Source of the DNA: Podarcis bocagei | Taxonomy: Eukaryota | Strand: one strand, 5' to 3' | Assembly: GCA_964188305.1 (NCBI GenBank) | Contig: OZ076898.1 | DNA length: 64,000 nt | Shown here: positions 25,446 through 50,684 of the stretch, piece by piece | Position numbering within the stretch: the first letter of the stretch is position 1 | Layout: every line of letters begins with the position of its first letter | Notes under the pieces: model-generated | Told to the model about the DNA's origin: nothing | Database searches by the model: none | Seen by the model: the letters and a program-made list of their open reading frames with translations, nothing else | Position numbers and translations under genes: made by a program

Positions 25446-25637
25446 AAGATCTCTTCTGGGCAGCTTTTAAACATGGCACATCCCACCTTAAACATACAAT
25501 CACTACCTTGAGTCGCTGCCCCTTCTTCGAGGCACAAAGAGAAAGCAGGGTTATTGGATTTCTTCACACCCCTTTGTTCCACAACCCCCCTTTTTATCTC
25601 CCCTTTACAAGAGAAGAAGAACATTCATATAAAACTA

Positions 25638-25643
25638 TTTATT
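25638..25643 (-). terminator. Probable CNOT3 polyadenylation signal AATAAA
   Basis: TTTATT on + (AATAAA on -) about 1.23 kb downstream of the CNOT3 stop, followed on - by T-rich sequence. Confidence 0.6.
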
Positions 25644-26870
25644 CATAAATATTTTCCAAAACGAAAATAGGCTTACGAAAAAATATCTTAAACAGCGGCA
25701 TGGGCGGGTGCTCCAGTTCAGGGGGCTGCATGAGGAGGGAGATGGTGGGACACAGCTGTCTTTCCATCTCTCTCTGGGTTTCCCCAAGTCTTTCCCCTCC
25801 AATCAGGAATAAATTGCAAGTCATCAAGGGGGAGGGTCTCTCTGTGGGAGGAGCAGCAGATTAAGATATGAGCTCAGATACCAAATTTAGGGTGGCAACA
25901 AAATTTTGGAAAATGGGGGGTGGGGTGGGGGGTTAGGAGAGAAGCAGCAAAGGGGGTGGGGTGGGGGTGGGGATATACTCCCTTAAGTCAAAGTTTCAGT
26001 CAGGAAAGGGAGCTTTGGGAATTTTTCCAAACTGAACTGATGAGGACAGGTGGCGTTTTGTGTCCCTCGACAACATCACCTGCAGAAGCAAGTGAAAAAA
26101 TACGGCGGCCTATAAAATGTTAACAGAAGGTACCAGTCCACAAAATACTTTGTACTGGGATCCTTTCTGGCAGCCGGCTGACTTCACTGGTTGGTAACAA
26201 GTTGACGTCATTTTGCTTTTTGCCATTTCCAGCAGTGACAACTAGGCAGAAGTTGGAGCAAAGTCACCCTGAACTGTTCCCAACGCTTTTGACTATTGGG
26301 GATATTTATAGAGCCCTGTGCCCTCATCTGTCACAAACTTGGGCATATGATGGCAGCCAAATCGGGGGTGACGTCTGCACTTGAGAGGTTGGCGAGGAGG
26401 GCAAAGGAGGACAGGGTGTTGGTGTTTGCTGCAATTGGTGGCGGAAGGGGCATAATAAATTCTCCAATTTAGTAGACACACAAAAATGTAGATTGGGGGG
26501 AAGTCCCTCTTTTGGTGGGATTCTCAAATTCTTTTTTAATCTCCACTCTCACCCGAACCTGGTGCACATGAAGACCCCCTTTTCCCCCGACCTCTTCGTA
26601 TGCATTACAGGCAGAAGAGAGCAAGGAAAAGGCGGAGGAGAATCCCGCCACTGCCGCCCCTCCTCCTCCGTCCCGCGGTCACTTTTAAAACTTGCATGCA
26701 TTTTTTTTTTAAAAAAACGTGCAGCTCGCCCCGTTCCCCCACGGTTGTGACGGGTGGGGTGTGTGGGGGGTGATGTGGTGTTATCGGTTGGTCTTCCTTT
26801 GCTGCTGCCCCAAGCGCGCCGCAGTTGCCTCTGGAAGGAAGGCTTGGCACCCCCTGCTGGCCCCAGGTCA

Positions 26871-40860
<13,990 letters not shown>

Positions 40861-40870
40861 GTTTCCTTCA

Positions 40871-40891
40871 CTATAGAGGGGCTCTCTTCAT
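40871..40891 (-). promoter_or_regulatory. Upstream ORF (MKRAPL*) in the CNOT3 5'UTR
   Basis: ATG AAG AGA GCC CCT CTA TAG inside the start-codon exon (acceptor at 40911-40912), ending 10 nt before the main ATG. Confidence 0.7.
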
Positions 40892-43800
40892 ACTTTATAG
40901 AGCGTTGACGCTTTAAGAAAAGCCAGCAGAAAGACAAGGTTACGAAGCAAGCCCAGGACAGAAGTAGCACCTCCTGCTGGAAGGTGCTAAATGGAGGTAA
41001 GCAGGATGAGTAAGATTTGAGCTACTGCTTTGTTTTAACCGGCAGAACATTTACTGCTTTCGGCAGCTGTATATAAAACAAAGTAGAAGTCACAGGTAAG
41101 GCTTTCTTCAACACGGCGCTTCCCCCTGTTGATTTCTACCCGTTAAAAGCAGAGAGTTTCTGTCCAATGAAAAGTAAAGGCCACAAACCTAGCCGAATCA
41201 CAGAGATTATCCCAGGAGAAAGTGGGCAAGTGGGAGGTAATGCCTTGGGGGAAGTATTCTTTAGACAGGGAAACTGGACCCAGTGGAATTAAAGAACTCC
41301 TTCCCACCGCCCCCCGGTGACCATGCAACAGGCAAACGCTCAGCGTGTGGAGCTTTACTCAGTATTTGGGTGATGCAACACTAGGGAAAGCTTCATCTGT
41401 TGAGTTTGGGTTTTTTTAATCATGCAACTCTTAAAGGCACCCAGTCTTCCAGAAAAACGTAAAACACATTGATCGTACAAGGTGGAACAGATTTGGAGCA
41501 GGGATTTCCCCAACCCCATCATACCGTATCTTTATCTGCCACGCTCTTCTACAGTCTTTTCCAGACTGAGCCTTTGGTGAACAAAACAGTTAGGCTTCTT
41601 ACAAGGCCCAGAAGACTTGGGTGGTTTCACAAGCCAAACAGCTTTTTATTTTGTCCATTAAAAACAAAAACGGACTAGGTGCCAGCTTTTCTGTGCTCTG
41701 TTATTTGACAGTGTTGCTTTAACCAGGCTAGGGGATGCATTATGAGGCTTGCACTCACCTAGTGGCCCCTGGGCGCTTGTTGTCTCTCTCTCTCTTTTCC
41801 AGCCAGGTTCCTATGCAGGTGAGAAAAAGCACATGACTCACAGGGGGAAAGAGCCCCACCTTTTCCTCCTCCCCAATCCAGCTGCCCACCATGTCAGGCA
41901 GCAAGCTGGGAAGCCCAAGAGGCACCTATAAAGGCACAGTGGTGGCTGGCTGGGGCTACTGCAGTCTAAGGGACTCAGGCCTGGAATGAAGCAAATGTAC
42001 AGGCCTTGCAGATGGAAGAAATGGTTCCTGGCTCCCCAGACAATTGGAGTTGTCCTAGACTAGCAAAACCCCGGCACTAGGGGTTGGTTACTTTTTTTTC
42101 TGGCAGGGAAACACCTGCCCACCCCATCAGAAGTTGAGTGGGTTAAGCTTTCCTCATCTATACATCAGGAAAAGCTGCATTTCTCCTTGTCACACAGGTA
42201 TTAAAGGCACAGGAGCCCTGCTGGGGGGAAAGCTGGCAATCCCACCAGTCACTAGTGCAGGTATGTGAAGAGATGCTTGAAAAGGTGTCTGCAAAGCAGG
42301 ATGTTTGTTTTTTCTTCCCAGACTGAAAATATGCCACAAACAACATCCATCGTTAAGCCTGTGCAAGTTGAACTAGTAAATGTTTATGGGTTTATTCACA
42401 TGTCTGAACTAGCCCCTATTCTCTCTCCAAAATTCTCAGCTAACGCAACACATTTTCCATTCTCCTCTTGGAAAATCATGCAGCAGAATTCTGAGTGGAC
42501 TGGACCACTTTAGACTTGCGGGCAGGGAAAGGGGGAGAGGGAATGCAATGGTTAAGTGCACAATGAAAAACAGGGGGGGCCATAAAGAGGAGACAGATTC
42601 TCGCCTAGCTTGGTACCTGCTGATGGATACTAGTTTTCTACCATTTTGAATCAAATGTAAGGGAGAATTCAAAACCGTGACCCACACCTGCAGTGGCTCA
42701 GCCCAGCTTATCACTTTCTTCTGTTACCCGAGCTAGACTACATACCTGCCAGGCTCTTCACCATTTCTCTCCCAAAGATTCCATACCCTGGTAAGCACCT
42801 GCCCTCCAGCTTCAGCTTCCTAACCTCCAGAAAACCTAGGAAGTCTTTCCTTGCCTGTTTCTCTACTGCCAACTGCAAGATCCCACCATACACACCCACC
42901 CACCCACCCTCAAGGAATTGTGAGTCTGGGTCTCCCACCTCACCCCTTCAGAAACGAAGCTTTCTTCACAAAGAGGCATCAGTAGACCAACAATAAATGT
43001 GAATTTGGGGTGACCCAGGAAGTTCCTAACATTTTCCTATTCCAAGCAGGGGACCTGGGTCAAAAGCCAGCTCTGGAATAAAAGCAACTTGGTTCAGCGC
43101 ATGTCTACTCAGAAGTAAGCACCACCAAATTCGAAGGGAATTATTCTCCAAGCAAGCATGCGCAGAATTGCAATTTTGGGAGTTTCTAGGTCCTCACTTG
43201 GAGATGGTACCTAAACCTCTAAATGCACCAGGTTCCTCTTACCTGCTATGGAGGGAAATCAGAATCTCACGACAAGCTGGGGAAGAGGGAGGGAAGGGCT
43301 TCACTGGAAGAACTGGGCATTTTTAAGAAAATTAACCAGATGCTGTTCCAGTGCCCTTAAAGGCAAGTTCATCTGCAAACATCAGCAGGTGGCTATGCTT
43401 CTTTTCACACTACGAAAAGCTTCACCTGCCGATTTCTGCATATCAAGCTGCCATTAAAGGCACAGGAGTCCAGGCCAGGCCCTCTGATAACATTAGACCA
43501 GGGGTGGAGAACCTGTGGCTCTCCAGAGGTTGCCGGACACCAGCTCCCATCAGCCCCAGCCAGCACAGTCAACGATCAGGGAAGATGGGAGCTGTAGTCC
43601 AATAGCCTGAGAAAGAAGAAAAACAGCAGTGATTTGCTCACTGACATGAACAGCTTGGTGAGCAGAATCAAAAGCAAAACAAAACCCTTACACTAAGCAA
43701 TGGTGACACCAACATCTAAGATGGCAAACTTGGGCTTTTACTGAAACTACTGTAAGTTATAGGATTCCTTCTGGGTTTTTGTTGTGGGTGTTTCTTTTGG

Positions 43801-46800
43801 TTTGTATTCTGTTCCTGTGGCTGTCATTAAACAGCTATTTACAGCCTCATGTCAGTTACTTATATCTGCCATACTGATACAGCTCAGTGTCTACATTTTC
43901 TACATTCAAGGAACAACCCCCGTTTGCCAAGGAACCACTGCAAAAGATTGTGGGGCATATTCTAGAGTAAACAGTTCAGTTAATGTGGAGCACTGCATCT
44001 TGAGCAAGGGATTCATGTAGAAAGCTGCACTATACAAAGTCACACTTCTGGCCCATCTATCTTAGTAATGTCTACACTGACTGGCAGCAGCTCTTCACGG
44101 TTTCAGGCAGAACTCTTTCCCAGCTTGGAGAAGTCAAGGCTTGAAACATGGAGCCTTTCGCATGCAAAACATGTGTCCTACTGATGAACTACGAACCTTG
44201 TGTTGTATATAAGCAACACTTTCTGTTGTCTAGCCCAATTGATTTCATGGCCTGAGTAACCAAGTTGTAGTGTTTTGGGAAATAAAACTCTCTCGAGCCG
44301 CACTGTACATATCAACCTACCTAACGCAGCCCCAACAGCCTTCTGACTTGCTACAGAATATGTCCTACATGCTTTACAAAGGTCTGGGTCTTGCTTGCTG
44401 TGGAGTGACAGGGGGTTGGTGGAGGGGGGGGGAGGAGGCATATCTGGAGAAGACTTACAGCTGGATCCCATGCTGTATCTGACATGGAAGTGATGCCCAC
44501 TTTGTCCAATAGGACTGAATAGTGACTGCTGCAAGTGTCCTGAGGCTTTCGCTACATTTATGTCACAGTTCACTGGGCTTCAATTCTGGAGTATTCTAAA
44601 GCTATCTCTGCATTTATGCATCCTGTAAAGTGCACCCCCTGGAAATATTTATTTTTATATACCCTTTATATCATTTTGTAAAACTGCTCTGTGCAATCCC
44701 CATAGGGTATTTTTTTTGGGGGGGAGGGGGGAATCGCTGCAGAGGAGACCACAGATAAAAGAAAAACCTAGATTGACACACAGTCCTGAACCTCTGGTAC
44801 CCAACCGAAAGGTCCCATTTGCAGAACATGGTGGCAACATGGAATGCTGCCATGTACCCAGTGTGTGAATGGCCCCCACTAATTTGTGACTGCCTGAAGG
44901 AGGCAGCCAAGCTAAATGCAAACAGCCTTGCTTCTCTAAGTGTGGTGTAGAAGCTAAGAGTCTGAGCTGCGATTCAGAAAATTCAAGATCCGGATCTCAA
45001 TCTCCATTATGAACTTGCTACGTGGCCGTAAGAAAGCCACTTTCTCTTTGCCTCACCTGGCACCTGCAATATGGGGATAATAATATCAAAGGAATTGGAT
45101 GAAGTGGGCATGGCTCACATGGGGGGTGTTTAACCACAGGAGAGAGGAACACACAAGCCTTTGGAAAGTTAAAGAAAAATCAAGGAAGGCAGGAGACGGT
45201 TCACAAAAAAAGAGATGGGAGATGCTTTGGCACTGATGAGTGCTACTGCACTTGAATGATGAGCAAGCTCAGTCCCAACATATTTATAGGCCTTAAAAGA
45301 AAGAGAGAGAACTTTTACTGTGATTTATGTCACAGGTAGTGACCAATAGGTAGCTAGGCCCATTGAACAATGCAATCAACACTCTATATGGAGGAAAATG
45401 GCAATTTCCCACCTATAGTTTTGAATGCTGAGTAAATGCAGTTCTCCTGCAAAAGGACAATTTTTTTACAGGGACATCTGGATCCTGTGCCTTAATAACA
45501 TCTGGAAAGACCCCTTCCCACCCCCTATCAGCAATAGGGAACACTGTCATCAAACTGTTCAAGATTAACATTTACTAGGATTTGATATATTAGCATTTCC
45601 CAGAGTCAAAGGTTTAAGGACAGCCTTGCCATCAGGTTACCATCAGCTAATGTGGTCCAATCCACCTAGGAATTCAAATCCCATTTCAGTTGCGGCCTCA
45701 GAGTGTTCCCCACAGACGAGTCATTACCTCTTAGCCTCTAGTCCCTGACCTGGTACTGTCTATTCTAATGGGCAGTAGCTCTCCCAAAGCCTCAAGCAGT
45801 GGCCTTTCTTAGCTCTGCTATTAAGGGATAATTTGACAGTCACAATTGAACCTGGAACTTTTATGAACTTGCACATCCATTTAGATCATTTGCAGAGGCC
45901 TTTCTCCATCTCCTGCTGTCATCAAGAGATTGGGCTGGTGACAATGTAGGAAGCAGTTATAGAATCTCCTGCACCAGGAAATGTTCTTCGCTCCTACCCT
46001 GCTGGTGTTTAAAGACCACCTGAAGACTTAATAAATATTTTAACAAGCTTTTCAATTTCTGCTTTTTTTTTTCTTTTTAAAAATCTGGTGTATTGCATTT
46101 TTTAAAACTATGTTGTGTTTGATATTTTAAAATATTTTTGTTGTAATCTACTGGGCAGCTTTTATAAATATATAAACAAATGCACATATACTGTATAGGC
46201 AGAGTGTATTCTCTACCTTCAAGCCTTCAACATGTCCTGAACCCAAGACCTGAAAAAATAATAATACAGGGATTCCACTTGTGCACATAATCACTGAGCT
46301 ATTATGGTACAATATTAACGGTGTGCCTTACAGAACAGAAGAAATATTCCAAGTTCCTAGGATCACACACAATTTTTAAGCATCAGCCCTGAGGAGAAAG
46401 GGGAAATTCAATATCTTAGGTAGTAGCCTCAATTTGTAAGCAGCTTAGTAGTAAAGCACATGTTCTGCATGCAGAACATCCAAAGTTTTGTCCCCAGCAT
46501 CTCCAGGTAGGACAGAGAAATACTCCTTTCTGAAAACTTGGGAGAGCTATGACAGGTCAGTGTAGACAATACTAGACAGACCAATGATCTAATTTGATAA
46601 AATATGGCTTCCTGTGTTTCTGCCAAGCTATTGAGATTTCACTAGGTCTTTACGTATTCTACATAACAGCTGTAAGGCTGACCAAGGTGTGACTTGTAAT
46701 GTACTTTTTACATTACAGTCAGTGATTGGCTATAGTACCAGACAAATCTGGCACTGGAGGCAGAATTCTGAATCTTAAGAATCTTCACTTTCAATTGGGG

Positions 46801-47487
46801 GGGGGGGGATGTATATTCTAGCCCTTAAGTCTGCAAAGTGTGCAGGTAGAGGCCAATGAAATCTCAAAAGCCAGCAAGCCATCCCATAGATAAGAGGCTG
46901 CAGCTTCATTCCTCTGCCTACTTACTGCCTTGTCTCTGCCCGCAACTAGCAAAAAGCAAAACCAGTTAAGAGAACAAATAGATATGCAGACATGTTGACA
47001 GCTAGCTACACATTCCTCTAGTAATTCATTACGAATTGTTATCACTCTGAAGTTACTTATAGTTAAGAGATGCACTTATATGCTAATAGGGGTTTTCCAA
47101 CCATTGAATGCTACACTGAGAGAGAAATACTCCAGATCCCTCCCCAGGTGCACAGACGCCCCTACAGGACCCTATAACACACATCCACACACAAGCGGGG
47201 GTGGGGGGGAGAGGTGGCTTTATGAAAGCAACGTGTTTTTTCTAACGGGTTCCTTTATTTCTTTTAGCTACTTCAGCAACATAACAAGCATTGTGGAACC
47301 TTAAAGACTAACACATTTTATTACGGCATAAGCTTTTGCAAACGAGAATCCACTTCATCAGATGCCACAATGCTTATACCATAATGAGATCTGTTAAGTC
47401 TTTAAAGTACCACAATACTACTTTGTTGTTTCTGCTTAAACAGACTACCCGCTACAGGAATCGTTTCAGTAATACAGATCTCTCTCT

Positions 47488-47490
<3 letters not shown>

Positions 47491-47522
<32 letters not shown>
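47491..47522. repeat. (AC)n microsatellite
   Basis: Seen directly. Confidence 0.95.
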
Positions 47523-47524
<2 letters not shown>

Positions 47525-47599
47525 CTCTCTATGGACCTCTCCAAATCAGGTATAAACTATATGTGCAAGTTTTCCAGGTGATCACAAGGACCCACAACC

Positions 47600-48850
47600 C
47601 TTCTTGGATCAAAGTAGCCCTCATCACACGGCGCCCGCCCCACATCCTCCTGCCAGAGGCTCTCGCTCCACCCCAGGCGCTTCTTCCCCACAGAGGCATG
47701 TGGGCCTCACATCCTATAGGTGCAGGTCCTACCTGTGGAACCGCATCGCCCCCCCGCATCCTCCCCAGCAGGGCGCCCTTCGTGGCCCCTGAGCACCGCT
47801 GCAACCCCAAACACCTGGCCCCCAACAGAGGCCCCCTCCGCCTGCAGCCCCCCGCGCAGCAGCGCCTACGGAAACACCTTCCCCCTATACAGCGCCCACC
47901 TCCTATAGAGCCCCCTATAGACCTCCCATTGGCCACGCCCCCTACGGTGCTCCCGTAGGTACTCGTAGGCCCCGCCCCCTAGGCTAGGCCCCGCCCCTCC
48001 TCGCTCTCTCACCGGCGGCTCCGGAGTCTCCGGGTCTCTCTCTCTCTCTCTTTTTTTCCCTCTCTCTCTCCCTCTCCCCCCTCTCTCGGCCTCCGCGGCA
48101 TCCAAGATGGCGGCAGCCTCCCCCCCTCCTTCCGCTAGACCCGCCTCTGGCTAAACTCCATTGGACGAGTCACCCGCCCTTCAAGATAGTCTCTGTTTCC
48201 ATTGGGTGGTGGGGAAGGGGCTGGTGAAGGGAAACCGGGGCGGGACGACGCGGCGCAGCCGCAGCTGTCATTTACATAAATACCTTTAATCTATTGGTTA
48301 AGGTGGAAAGTCCGTCAAAGCGTATCCGTATACTGATTGGCTCAGTAGGTACGGATGTAGCCAGTGTGACCACGCCTACCAGCCCGCGGAAAACAACCCA
48401 AAGGGGCAGGGCTTGTAAGCAGAGCAGATCGCCTAATGGTAATAAAAAACGTCCCTCAAGTCTTACTCGTTCATGATTGGCTATACTTCTTCCAACGCGC
48501 GTACTCGTGGGCATAGAATCATTTATTGGATAGCAGTTCTGCCACTCAATCTAATAGTATTGCTGTTTGGCTGCTAGAGGGATTCGGAGGCGAGGGATAT
48601 TTCCAAGCGGTAATTCTCTATTGGCTGTAGCGAAGCAAGCCTGCACACGTTGGCCTCCCATTGGATGGCTGTACTGCCCCCCAAAACCCTTCTTCCTTTG
48701 TACTGGCTTGCATAGTTTGAGGCGGGTCATAGTGAAAAAACGTGAGGCGGGGGCGAGGCCAAGGAGTTTTCCCAGAATCCTGATTGGTACAGGTAAGTGA
48801 GGTATCCTGTCACTTAAAATCACAATAGCCAATAACACAGGAGGGAATGA
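47600..48850 (-). promoter_or_regulatory. CNOT3 CpG-island promoter and noncoding first exon (donor at 48012/48013)
   Basis: CpG-rich. CCG|GTGAG donor on - at 48013; YY1 motif CAAGATGGCGGC at 48103-48114; GC boxes near 47970-47997; nine co-oriented CCAAT boxes at 48160-48787. Confidence 0.75.
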
Positions 48851-49163
48851 GCTCACTCTAAGGTGGATATTGATAGACTTCTGTCTCAGCCAACATTTGC
48901 CAACCTGGCGCCTTCCAGATTTGAACTACAGTTCCCATCAGGCCATGGGGGCCTTGTAGTCCAAAACATCTGGAGGGCGCCAGGTTGGCGATGGCTGGTC
49001 TAGGCATCACTATTTTCACTCCTAGCTGCAGCTCACCTCTTTTGGAGGGATAGTTGTAGCCTTACTAGTATACCCTCACACCCCTTCATCATTCACTGCC
49101 ATGCAACTGAGATGAGTCCACCCCTCACAAACATTTCTCTGATGAAAATAGGACTTTATATTC

Positions 49164-49164
<1 letters not shown>

Positions 49165-49247
<83 letters not shown>
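49165..49247. repeat. (ATT)n microsatellite (LINE tail)
   Basis: Seen directly. Confidence 0.95.
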
Positions 49248-49248
<1 letters not shown>

Positions 49249-49480
49249 TTATTTATACCTCGTCCATCTGACTGGGTTGCTCCAGTAACTGTAGGTGGCT
49301 TCCAACGTATCAAGGAAATAAGAAAACATTAAACAGGGCTGCCTTCAAATGTCTTTGACAGGTTGAATAGTTTGGCTCGGGGCCGCATAACTCCATAGTC
49401 TCCGATGAAAACAGGGAAACCCTACCATACCCTCCAACATTTCTCCGATGAAAATAGGGATCTCCTAAGGAAAAGTGGAA

Positions 49481-49835
49481 GGGATGCGGGTGGCGCTGTG
49501 GGTTAAACCACAGAGCCTAGGACTTGCCAATCAGAAGATCGGCGGTTCGAATCCCCGCAACGGGATGAGCTCCCGTTGCTCAGTCCCTGCGCCTGCCAAC
49601 CTAGCAGTTCAAAAGCACCTCAAAGTACAAGTAGATAAATAGGTACTGCCCCGGCGGGAAGGTAAATGGCGTTTCCATGTGCTGCTCTGGTTTGCTAGAA
49701 GCAGCTTAGTCATGCTGGCCACATGACCCGGAAGCTGTACGCTGGCTCCCTCGGCCAATAAAGCGAGATGAGCGTCGCAACCCCAGAGTCGGCCATGACT
49801 GGACCTAATGGTCAGGGGTCCCTTTACCTTTACCT
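49481..49835 (+). mobile_element. Sauria SINE, full length, nested in an older repeat
   Basis: Same head and tail as the 23191 copy; imperfect flanking repeat CCTAAG(G/T)AAAAGTGG. Confidence 0.88.
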
Positions 49836-50169
49836 AAGTAAAAGTGGGTGATTCTGGGATCAAATAAGAAACTGGAACAGCTTGTGTAAATCTGGGACTG
49901 CCCCTGGAAAATAGGGACACTTGGAGGGTCTGTAATCACTCCCACAAGAGCCAGCGGTGGTCACCAACTTGGACTGCTTTAAAAGATGAGTCAAATTCAT
50001 GGAGGATAAGGCTGTCACCCTCAATGGCTATGCTTTGCTTTCGCAGTCATGCCTCCTTATGCCAGTGGCTGGAGGATGCTGTTGTGCCAATGTGCTGCTT
50101 GCAGGCTTCCCACAGGCATCTGGTTAGCCACTCTGAGAACATGATGTTGGACTATATTATTATGACCAG

Positions 50170-50307
50170 CAGTGATGGCCAAACTTGGCCCTCTAGCTGT
50201 TTTGGGACTACAACTCCCATCATCCCTAGCTAACAGGACCAGTGGTCAGGGATGATGGGAATTGTAGTCCCAAAACAGCTGGTCCCAAAACAGCCTGGCC
50301 ATCACCG
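50170..50307. mobile_element. Palindromic hAT MITE (same core as 6450)
   Basis: Ends CAGTGATGGCC / GGCCATCACCG around the shared GGGACTACAACTCCCATCATCCCT core. Confidence 0.7.
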
Positions 50308-50684
50308 TATGAACCCCAAGGGTGGATTACAACAATTAAAGCACAATATTAAAATCAGTTAAAATGACAGAAATAAAAAGAGGGTCCTAAAAATATACAC
50401 TTCACATGTTGAATGTGGGCTGCTGGCCTGATCCAGCATTCTCCAATGTTCTTTGAAAGAAGCTTCATAGTATTAAGCAAATGCATTGGGGATGCCTGGA
50501 CCAATCACCTGAAGAAAGAGAAGAGGGCATTCACACTTGCGCCTCTTAACACCTGCTTGCCCCACTTTCGTGAACACTGCAGGAAGGGGCCTTGCCTGCG
50601 TATCTGAATGCATAAAGCTGCCTTATACTGTTGGAGGGCACCTAACCCTTTTGCAGCCCAGCTCTTTCCCCCATCCAGGTGGTT

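Noticed and set aside
43460-43490. Resemblance to the human MSR1 minisatellite unit (GGAGTCCAGGCC)
   Set aside because: A single short match with no tandem array.
47529-47958. Long overlapping ORFs (131-135 aa) on both strands
   Set aside because: Expected in GC-rich CpG-island sequence; no recognisable protein similarity.
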